A stretch of DNA of 52,609 nt from Deltaproteobacteria bacterium (lineage in GTDB: Bacteria > Desulfobacterota > Binatia > DP-6). The notes below the pieces were generated by a model that worked only from the letters and a program-made list of their open reading frames with translations, was not told where the DNA came from and did no database searches. This document shows, in pieces, positions 10,230 to 17,147 of the stretch; the stretch's first letter is position 1; each line of letters begins with the position of its first letter. The position numbers and the translations under genes are program-made. Where the stretch lies: assembly GCA_005879585.1 (NCBI GenBank), contig VBKG01000337.1:1-52609 (forward strand), in the 5' to 3' direction.

Positions 10230-10954
10230 TCCGGCGCGCCATGGTGCTCGCCGCCGGCCGCGGCACGCGCCTCGCGCCGCTCACCGACACGACGCCGAAG
10301 CCGCTCCTACCGGTCGCGGGGCGGCCGCTCATCGAGCACATCCTCGAGTTCCTGCGCGCCGGCGGCATCCGCGAGGTCGTCATCAACCTCCATCACCTCG
10401 GGCAGCGGATCGAGGAACGCATCGGCGACGGCCGCCGCCTCGGGCTCCAGGTGAAGTACTCGTGGGAGGATCCGATCCTCGACACCGGCGGCGGCATCAA
10501 GCGCGCCGAGCCGTTGCTCGCCGGCGAGCCGTTCGTGGTGGTGAACGGCGACAGCCTCCTCGAGCTCCGCCTGGAGGACGTCGTCGCGTTCCATCGCGAG
10601 CGCGGCGCCGTCGCGACGATGGTCGTGCGGCCCGACCCGGAGGCCGCGCGCTACGGCCTCATCGAGCTCGACGCCGACGACCGCGTCCGCCGCGTGGTCG
10701 GCCTGCCCGCGGGCGTCGAGGGCGACTTCCGCGGCTTCATGTTCCCGGGGCTCCACGTGTTCGAGCCGGAGATTTTTCGCTGGATGGAGCCCGACGCTGC
10801 GTACAGCGTGATCCGGGTCACCTACGTCAAGCTCCTGACCTCCGGCGGGCCCGTCTACGGATTCGTGACACGGGCACGGTGGGTCAACATTGACACCCCC
10901 GCGGCGCTCGAGGCGGCCGATCTGACTCTGCGCTCGGCTCCGTTCCGGTTCTGA
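10226..10954 (+). CDS. murU: Nucleotidyltransferase, likely MurNAc-alpha-1-phosphate uridylyltransferase
   Basis: AMVLAAGRGTRLAPLTDTTPKPLL and DTGGGI; ATGA overlap with the amgK stop. Confidence 0.75.
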   Translation: MIRRAMVLAAGRGTRLAPLTDTTPKPLLPVAGRPLIEHILEFLRAGGIREVVINLHHLGQRIEERIGDGRRLGLQVKYSWEDPILDTGGGIKRAEPLLAGEPFVVVNGDSLLELRLEDVVAFHRERGAVATMVVRPDPEAARYGLIELDADDRVRRVVGLPAGVEGDFRGFMFPGLHVFEPEIFRWMEPDAAYSVIRVTYVKLLTSGGPVYGFVTRARWVNIDTPAALEAADLTLRSAPFRF

Positions 10955-11162
10955 ACCGCTGAAGCGCGGCGCATCGCGCAACCGGGCCAGATGTGGGACG
11001 GCTGCACGAAAACCCCATAGCAACGACGGCCCTGTGCGGGTCTGCCCGTCGGGACCCGGGCGGTTTTCTTGACTTGCAAGCCCCGGCCTAGTAGGCGAAT
11101 GCTGCAGCGCGCCATGGTATTACAGGGTGCAGGAAGTCCTGGGGGCCCACGGGGATGGTGGC

Positions 11163-11178
11163 TGGCATAACGCTTGCT
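11163..11178 (+). promoter_or_regulatory. sigma54 (-24/-12) promoter of the patatin gene
   Basis: TGGCATAACGCTTGCT fits TGGCA...TTGCW with exact GG-N10-GC spacing, 58 nt before the ATG. Confidence 0.7.
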
Positions 11179-11236
11179 GGCCCTGGGTGTAGACAGCCGG
11201 ACCGCGAATGAGCGAGTTCCGGTTGCGTGAGGGGAC

Positions 11237-12589
11237 ATGGGGCTCACCATTGTTCACAAGAGTGACCTCTGGACGCGGAAGCGAGACCCGCGCGTGGCTC
11301 TCGTGCTGGCCGGCGGGGCCGTCACGGGCGGGGCCTACAAGCTCGGCGGGCTGAAGGCGCTCGACGACTTCCTCGTCAATCGCAAGACCAACGACTTCGA
11401 CATCTACGTCGGCCTGTCGGCTGGCGCGTTCCTCGCCGCGCCGCTCGCCGGCGGCGTCAACCCGGTCGAGATGCTGCGCTCGATCGACGGGACGTCAGAG
11501 GACTTCAGTCAGCTCACGGCGCTCGAGTTCTACCGGCTGAACGTCTCCGAGTTCGCGCGCAAGCCCCTCGAGTTCGTGGTCGACCTCGCCACGTACGTTC
11601 CCGGTCTCCTCTACGGCTTCATCTCGCGGACACCCGACCTGGTTCGTCAGCTGCGGGAGCCGCTCGAGCAGTGTCGCCGCGAGCCGTCGCTCACGAACCT
11701 GATCGAGTGCGTGAAGCCGCTCATCGACACCATCGGCTCCGCGCGCGAGTTCCCCTTCCCGCTCTCGTACCTTCCCTCGGGTCTCTTCGACAACTCGTCG
11801 CTCGAGCGCTACCTCCGCCAGAACATCGAGCGGCGCGGACTCTCGAACGACTTCCGGGTGCTGCGCCGGCTGCGCGGCGTCGAGCTCTACATCGTCGCCA
11901 TGAACCTCGATACGGCCGAGCGGGTCGTGTTCGGCCACGACGAGGACACCTCGCTCACCATTTCCGAAGCGGTCCAGGCGTCGACGGCGCTGCCGGGCTT
12001 CTACAAGCCGGCGCGCATCAAAGGCGTCGACTACGTCGACGGGGGCGTGCGCCGGACGGCGAACCTCGACACCGCCATCGAGCACGGCGCCGACCTCGTC
12101 ATCTGTTACAACCCGTTTCGCCCGTTCTCGAACCGGGTGTCCCGCCGCTACATCCCCGAGCGCCACGAGTACGTGATCGACGGCAAGCCGCTGGCCGACC
12201 AGGGCATGCTCGTCGTCCTCAACCAGGTGCTGCGCACGCTCCTTCACTCGCGCCTCCAGCTCGGCATCCGCCAGTACCAGGACGACCCGAACTTCCAGGG
12301 CGACATCATCCTCATCGAGCCTGCCGAGACGGACCTCGCGTTCTTCAAGATGGCCGCCCTCGACTTCTGGGCGAGCCGCAGCGCCGGCGCGCACGGCTAC
12401 CTCTCGGTCACGCAGTCGATCGAGACGCACTACGAGCTGATGCGCCAGATCCTCCAGACCTACGGCATCCAGATGACCCGCCGCGACGTGCGCGAAGGCC
12501 TCGAGCGGCTCACCCGCGCCGAGTCGAGCGACTCGCCCGACGACATCCTCATGCGGGACGTCCCGAAGCGCAGCCTGCACGTCGCCTGA
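11237..12589 (+). CDS. Patatin-like phospholipase
   Basis: Gly-rich loop LAGGAVTGG, nucleophile GLSAG, DGG motif; SD GAGGGG. Confidence 0.9.
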   Translation: MGLTIVHKSDLWTRKRDPRVALVLAGGAVTGGAYKLGGLKALDDFLVNRKTNDFDIYVGLSAGAFLAAPLAGGVNPVEMLRSIDGTSEDFSQLTALEFYRLNVSEFARKPLEFVVDLATYVPGLLYGFISRTPDLVRQLREPLEQCRREPSLTNLIECVKPLIDTIGSAREFPFPLSYLPSGLFDNSSLERYLRQNIERRGLSNDFRVLRRLRGVELYIVAMNLDTAERVVFGHDEDTSLTISEAVQASTALPGFYKPARIKGVDYVDGGVRRTANLDTAIEHGADLVICYNPFRPFSNRVSRRYIPERHEYVIDGKPLADQGMLVVLNQVLRTLLHSRLQLGIRQYQDDPNFQGDIILIEPAETDLAFFKMAALDFWASRSAGAHGYLSVTQSIETHYELMRQILQTYGIQMTRRDVREGLERLTRAESSDSPDDILMRDVPKRSLHVA

Positions 12590-12609
12590 GTACCTAGGCT
12601 GTTCGCCAC

Positions 12610-12718
12610 GGGCGGGGGTGGGCCCCCCGGCTCACGCTCTCGCCGGAAACGCGGCGTCGCGCGCCCGACCCCGCGATACGTCCGGCTCGAGAGATCGCCT
12701 GGGGACCCACCCCCGCCC
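12610..12718 (+). repeat. ~110-bp self-complementary repeat, copy 1
   Basis: Ends GGGCGGGGGTGGG / CCCACCCCCGCCC pair; internal CTCTCG/CGAGAG and CCGGA/TCCGG pair. Matches the reverse complement of 12840..12946. Confidence 0.85.
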
Positions 12719-12839
12719 GCGGCTCGCGTCTTGGGTTCGCAGCGCTCGTGCCGGCGGCGTTTCGAGGACAGCCCGACTCGTTTCCAGTAGAGGATTATCG
12801 AGCGGGTGCCTGCATCCGTGTGGCCCGCGCGCGGCGGCG

Positions 12840-12946
12840 GGGCGGGGTGGGTCCCGCGGCGATCTCTCGAGCCGGACGTGTCGCGGGGTCGTGGTTGCGG
12901 CATGCGCGTCCGGCGAGAGCGTGAGCCGAGGGGCCCACCCCGTCCC
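12840..12946 (-). repeat. ~110-bp self-complementary repeat, copy 2 (inverted)
   Basis: Its reverse complement shares GGGGTGGGCCCC, CGGCTCACGCTCTCGCCGGA and CGACCCCGCGAYACGTCCGGCTCGAGAGATCGCC with copy 1. Confidence 0.85.
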
Positions 12947-12976
12947 GCCGCCGCGCGCGCGATTACACCGAGCGAC

Positions 12977-14119
12977 CTACACCCTCTCGATGATCGTCGC
13001 GATGCCCATGCCGTAGCCGATGCACATGGTGCAGAGGCCGACCGTCTTGTCCTGGCGCTCGAGCTCGTCGAGGAGCGTGCCGATCAGCATGGCGCCGGTG
13101 GCGCCGAGCGGGTGGCCGAGGGCGATCGCGCCGCCGTTCACGTTCACCTTGTCGTGCGGGATGCCGGCTTCCTGCATGGTGATCATCGGCACGGGAGCGA
13201 ATGCCTCGTTGATCTCGACGAGGTCGATGTCCCGCATCGTCATGCCGGTCCGGCGGAGGATCTTCTGCGTGGCGGGAATCGGCCCGGTCAGCATGATCAC
13301 CGGCTCGGAGCCGACGATCACCGTGTCGACGATGCGGGCGCGGGGGGTGAGGCCGAGCTCGTCGATGCCGCGGGCCGAGGCGATGAGGACGCCGGCGGCG
13401 CCGTCGACGATCCCGCTCGAGTTGCCGGCGTGGATCTTGCCGTCGGGCTTGAACGAGGGCTTCAGCGCCATCAAACCCTCGAGCGTCGTCTGCGGCCGCG
13501 GATGCTCGTCGGCCTCGACGGTCTTCCGCGTTCCGTCGGGCTGGGGCGCGTCGACGACCGGGACGAGGCCCTTCACGAAGCGGCCCTCCTGGATCGCGTG
13601 CCACGCGCGCCGCTGACTCTCCAGGGCAAAGCCGTCGAGCTGCTCGCGGGAGTAGTTCCAGCGCTCGGCGATCATCTCGGCCGAGATGCCCTGCGGCACG
13701 AGGTTGTACCGCTCGGTGAGACTCGGCGGCAGCGGACCCATGTCGGAGCCCATCGGGCAGCGGCTCATGCTCTCGACGCCGCCGGCGTACACGAGATCGT
13801 ACGCACCCGACGCCGCGCCCTGCGCCGCCAGGTTCACGGCCGTCTGGCCCGACCCGCAGAAGCGGTTCAGGCTCACGCCGGCGATCTCGATCGGCCAGCC
13901 GGCCGCCAGGACCGCGGCGCGCGCGACGCAGGCGCCCTGCTCGCCGGTCTCGGTGACGCAGCCGATGATCGCGTCGTCGATCCGCGTGGGATCGACGCCG
14001 GTGCGCGCGACGATGGCGTGCATCGGCACCGTGCAGAGGTCGATCGGATGCACGCCCGCAAGGCCGCCGCCACGGCGTCCGCGAGGGGTGCGACAGGCAT
14101 CGATGATGAAGGCGTTCAT
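12977..14119 (-). CDS. Acetyl-CoA C-acyltransferase (thiolase)
   Basis: NRFCGSG, EINEAF, NVNGGAIALGHPLGATG, CIGYGMG. Confidence 0.95.
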   Translation of the reverse strand: MNAFIIDACRTPRGRRGGGLAGVHPIDLCTVPMHAIVARTGVDPTRIDDAIIGCVTETGEQGACVARAAVLAAGWPIEIAGVSLNRFCGSGQTAVNLAAQGAASGAYDLVYAGGVESMSRCPMGSDMGPLPPSLTERYNLVPQGISAEMIAERWNYSREQLDGFALESQRRAWHAIQEGRFVKGLVPVVDAPQPDGTRKTVEADEHPRPQTTLEGLMALKPSFKPDGKIHAGNSSGIVDGAAGVLIASARGIDELGLTPRARIVDTVIVGSEPVIMLTGPIPATQKILRRTGMTMRDIDLVEINEAFAPVPMITMQEAGIPHDKVNVNGGAIALGHPLGATGAMLIGTLLDELERQDKTVGLCTMCIGYGMGIATIIERV

Positions 14120-14126
14120 CCTTCGA

Positions 14127-14155
14127 TGGCTAACAGCCCCGTCCAGTCGTGTCAA
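14127..14155 (-). promoter_or_regulatory. sigma70-type promoter, likely leaderless thiolase transcript
   Basis: TTGACA-N17-TAGCCA with extended TG, 7 nt before the ATG. Confidence 0.55.
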
Positions 14156-14180
14156 AGATGACGTCGCGCGTCGTGCTGCG

Positions 14181-14209
14181 TTGCCGGTGCCATACCCCTA
14201 TGTTACGGT
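14181..14209 (+). promoter_or_regulatory. sigma70-type promoter, likely leaderless cysH transcript
   Basis: TTGCCG-N17-TACGGT with extended TG, 6 nt before the GTG; no SD. Confidence 0.5.
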
Positions 14210-14215
14210 CGCGCC

Positions 14216-14908
14216 GTGTCGCTGACGGAGTGGAACCGCGAGCTCGAGCACGCCACCGCCGAAGACATCGTCGCCTGGACCTGGCGGCGGTTCGCCCCCG
14301 ACGTAATGCTCACCTGCTCGTTCCAGCACGACGGGGTGGTGCTCGCCCACATGCTGCACGCGATCGCGCCCGAGGCCCCGATCGTCTTCATCAACACCGG
14401 CTTCCACTTCCCCGAGACGCTCGCCTATCGCGACGAGATCGTGCGCCGCTTCGGTCTGCGGCTCGTCGAGCTCGAGCCGATCATGCCGCGGCCGGAGTTC
14501 GCCGAGCGCTACGGTCTCGACCTCTACGCCCGCAATCCCGACCTCTGCTGTCACATCAACAAGGTGGAGCCGCTCAAACGCTATCTCCCGAACATGCGTG
14601 CCTGGATCAACGGCCGGCGACGCGACCAGGCGTCGACGCGCACCGCGATCCCGATCGTCGAGGAGCACCAGGGCGGGCTCTACAAGGTGAATCCGCTCGC
14701 GTCGTGGACGTCGAAGGACACCTTCTACTACCTCGAGCGGCACGGCATTCCGACCCACCCGCTCTTCGAGCAGGGCTACACGAGCATCGGCTGCGCGCCG
14801 TGCACGCGGCCGCCGCTCGCGGGCGGCGACGAGCGGAGCGGCCGTTGGGCGGGACGGGAGAAGACCGAGTGCGGCCTGCACACCTTTCTCGAGCCGAAGG
14901 CCGAGTAA
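14216..14908 (+). CDS. cysH: APS/PAPS reductase (CC...CxxC Fe-S type, so probably APS reductase)
   Basis: NTGFHFPET, CCHINKVEPL, GYTSIGCAPC, ERSGRW, C-terminal ECGLH. Confidence 0.92.
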   Translation: MSLTEWNRELEHATAEDIVAWTWRRFAPDVMLTCSFQHDGVVLAHMLHAIAPEAPIVFINTGFHFPETLAYRDEIVRRFGLRLVELEPIMPRPEFAERYGLDLYARNPDLCCHINKVEPLKRYLPNMRAWINGRRRDQASTRTAIPIVEEHQGGLYKVNPLASWTSKDTFYYLERHGIPTHPLFEQGYTSIGCAPCTRPPLAGGDERSGRWAGREKTECGLHTFLEPKAE

Positions 14909-14912
14909 CGGG

Positions 14913-15704
14913 CTACGGCTCGGCGTCCTCGTCGCGCTCGGCCGTCGCCTCCGCGTAGCGCTCGAGCAAGGGCTCGCCGAGCCGCTGGACGAGCCAGCGG
15001 TGGACGAGCCCGACACAGCGCTGCCACGCCGGCCCGGCGAGCAGCCAGTGGCCCGCGCCGTCGAGCGCCTCGTGCTGCGCGCCGATCGTGCGCGCGAGAG
15101 CCGCGGCGGCCGGTGCCGGGAGGAACGGGTCGCGGTCGCCGGCCACGACGAGCGTCGGCACGCCGGCAACGGGCGACGGCGCCAGCCGCGGTCGGACGAC
15201 GTCCCGCACGACGCGGGCGCTGTCGGGAGCGAGGGCGGAGACCACGGCACTCCGGAGTGGCGGCGGCAGCTCCCCGCAGAGCGGCGCGGCGGCGGCGAGC
15301 GTCGGGGGCGGCACGGCGCGGCCGAGGAGGAGCGGCACGACGGTGGCCGGGCGCATGGCCAGCGCGCGCGCCGGCGCGCTGCCCGGGACGACGGGCGCGA
15401 GAAGCACGACGGCAGCCGCCGGGGCGCGGGCGGCGGCCGCGAGCGCGACGACGCCGCCCACGTCGTGACCGATGAGCACAGGCGGCGCGGACAGCGCGGC
15501 TGCATGCGCGGCCACCGCCGCGGCCCGCGTCGCGATGCCACCGTCGACCGCGCGAACGTCGAGGAGCTGGCTCTCCCAGCCCCGATGCGCCAGGTAGCTG
15601 GCGAAGCCGCGCCACACGAGCGGCGCCGACCAGAGGCCCGGGATGCAGAGCAGCGACGTCGTGTAGCGCGCGCTCTCGGCGCGGACGATGTCGGCGCTCA
15701 GCAT
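14913..15704 (-). CDS. Alpha/beta-fold hydrolase
   Basis: Elbow LIGHDVGG, acid in GDRDPF, His in GAGHWL. Confidence 0.8.
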   Translation of the reverse strand: MLSADIVRAESARYTTSLLCIPGLWSAPLVWRGFASYLAHRGWESQLLDVRAVDGGIATRAAAVAAHAAALSAPPVLIGHDVGGVVALAAAARAPAAAVVLLAPVVPGSAPARALAMRPATVVPLLLGRAVPPPTLAAAAPLCGELPPPLRSAVVSALAPDSARVVRDVVRPRLAPSPVAGVPTLVVAGDRDPFLPAPAAAALARTIGAQHEALDGAGHWLLAGPAWQRCVGLVHRWLVQRLGEPLLERYAEATAERDEDAEP

Positions 15705-15728
15705 GCGCGTCGCTCCATCAGTCCAACG

Positions 15729-15759
15729 AAAAAGGCCCTTCGTGACTCGAAGGGCCTTT
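15729..15759 (-). terminator. Intrinsic terminator of the Lys-rich micro-protein RNA
   Basis: Minus strand AAAGGCCCTTCG-AGTCA-CGAAGGGCCTTT: perfect 12-bp stem ending in a U5 tract. Confidence 0.85.
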
Positions 15760-15859
15760 CCGTGGGCCCGTCGACGGGGCCCATTCTCGCCTGAGACGAA
15801 TCTTTTGTCTTGGTGTTACGTGCCTAGCAACTGCGGATCGGAACCAACCAACGTCGTCA

Positions 15860-15952
15860 CTACTTCTTCTTGGACCCCTTCTTCTTCGAGGGGGCCTTTT
15901 TCTTCGCCTTGCTCTTCTTCTTCGCCTTCTTCGCCTTCTTCTTTGCCGCCAT
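15860..15952 (-). CDS. 30-aa lysine-rich micro-protein MAAKKKAKKAKKKSKAKKKAPSKKKGSKKK (histone H1 tail/protamine-like composition)
   Basis: Perfect SD AGGAGGT 4 nt before ATG; tandem stops TAG TGA; 17 of 18 Lys codons are AAG; own promoter and terminator. Too short for the ORF track. Confidence 0.85.
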   Translation of the reverse strand: MAAKKKAKKAKKKSKAKKKAPSKKKGSKKK

Positions 15953-16040
15953 AGTTACCTCCTGTTGGAATCGAGAATGTTCCCTTCCGTCCCTCTCTCA
16001 GGCGAGAACCCCACTCCACACCTCAACCACCACGGCACGG

Positions 16041-16070
16041 AGTATAGAGGTGCGTCCGCGCAAGAGTCAA
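16041..16070 (-). promoter_or_regulatory. sigma70 promoter for the micro-protein RNA, with upstream A-tract (UP-like)
   Basis: TTGACT-N18-TATACT; A9 tract at 16093-16101 in otherwise GC-rich DNA. Confidence 0.75.
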
Positions 16071-16247
16071 TAGACGACCGGCGTTTTGGAAATTTTTTTT
16101 TAAACCGGCGCGACCCGATCTGCCCTCGGCGATCGGCTCCCTAGAATGACGTTCCCCTTCATCCGACGCCGATGAGTAACAGATCGTTTTACTCCTCCGC
16201 CGTTGCCTCCGTGCACGCTTTCCGTTAGGCACTTTCGCGGAGTGCGC

Positions 16248-16553
16248 ATGGCGGGTGGACGGCTGCTGAGCATGGTGCTGCTGCTCGCCAGCGTGACGGT
16301 GACGGCGTCGGCGCTCGTCGGCGAGCACGGGATCCCGCACCTCATCGGACTCCGCGCCGAGCGCGAGGATCTCGGGCGAACCGCGTTCGCGTTGCTCGAA
16401 GAGAACGCGCGGCTCCGCGACGAGCTCCGCCGTCTCAAGAAGGACGACCTCTATCTCGAGCAGCTCGCGCGCCGCCAGCTCGGACTCGTGAAGCCGGGAG
16501 AGATCGTCTACCGGTTCCGTCGCTCGACGCGCGACGGACGGCCGAGGCGTTAG
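16248..16553 (+). CDS. ftsB: Septum formation initiator (FtsB/DivIC family)
   Basis: One N-terminal TM, coiled coil, LEQLARRQLGLVKPGEIVY motif. Confidence 0.85.
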   Translation: MAGGRLLSMVLLLASVTVTASALVGEHGIPHLIGLRAEREDLGRTAFALLEENARLRDELRRLKKDDLYLEQLARRQLGLVKPGEIVYRFRRSTRDGRPRR

Positions 16554-16555
16554 CC

Positions 16556-16942
16556 TCAGCCCTCCTCTTCGCCGGACGCGTACTCCTCGTACTCGTCGGC
16601 GTCCATCAGGTCCTCGAGCTCGGCTTCGTCCGTCAGCTCGATCTCGACGAGCCACCCCTCGTGGTACGGGTCCTCGTTGACGATCGCGGGATGATCGTCG
16701 AGCTCGTTGTTGGTGGCGACGATGGTGCCGCTGAGCGGCGCGAGCAGCTCGGAGACCGTGCGCACGGACTCGATCTCGCCGAACGGCTCGCCCTTCTCCA
16801 CCTCGTCGCCGACGTCGGGCAGCTCGACCGCGATCACCTCGCCGAGCTCGACCTGACCGTACTCCGAGATCCCGAGGTGTGCGCGATTGCCCTCAATGCG
16901 CACCCACAGGTGATCCTCGGTGAACTTCAGGGCTTCCGCCAT
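16556..16942 (-). CDS. gcvH: Glycine cleavage system H protein-like
   Basis: GISEYGQVELG, NEDPYHEGWL. The lipoyl motif reads IESVRTVSE, with Arg where the lipoylated Lys normally sits. Confidence 0.88.
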   Translation of the reverse strand: MAEALKFTEDHLWVRIEGNRAHLGISEYGQVELGEVIAVELPDVGDEVEKGEPFGEIESVRTVSELLAPLSGTIVATNNELDDHPAIVNEDPYHEGWLVEIELTDEAELEDLMDADEYEEYASGEEEG

Positions 16943-16995
16943 CGGTGGCTCCTGTTCGACGGGCGTGCGGGCTGGATTCCGGCCGGCTGCGGCCT

Positions 16996-17023
16996 CTTAT
17001 AGAAGCGGCTTTTGGCGTGTCAA
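16996..17023 (-). promoter_or_regulatory. sigma70 promoter of gcvH
   Basis: TTGACA-N16-TATAAG. Confidence 0.6.
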
Positions 17024-17035
17024 GCCGTCCGCCAC

Positions 17036-17063
17036 CGCGGGGCGCCTCGAAAGGCGCCCCGCG
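17036..17063 (-). terminator. GC-rich hairpin downstream of nrdJ (terminator or stabiliser)
   Basis: Perfect 12-bp stem CGCGGGGCGCCT/AGGCGCCCCGCG with a UUCG loop on the minus strand; no U tract. Confidence 0.55.
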
Positions 17064-17147
17064 TCCGTCCCACGGACCACCACCCCTCCGGGGAGGCCTG
17101 CCGCCCCGCCGCACCACCACCGCCTCCCGACCTCGGAACCGCCGCGG

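Noticed and set aside
12610-12946. CRISPR array or IS element
   Set aside because: Only two copies, inverted and too long, with no spacer series, cas gene or transposase.
15729-16035. tmRNA, 6S or SRP identity for the structured peptide RNA
   Set aside because: No tRNA-like acceptor or T-arm or CCA end; the ORF has its own SD and ATG and no tag-like C-terminus; no SRP or 6S hallmarks seen by eye. An Rfam scan is still needed.
15870-16073. Phe-rich plus-strand ORF (FFFALLFFFAFF)
   Set aside because: It is the antisense of the AAG-rich peptide gene; SD, promoter and terminator all support the minus strand.
16943-17147. Glycine riboswitch before gcvH
   Set aside because: No GGAGA...CCGAAG...CTCTCAGG pattern; only GC-rich hairpins.
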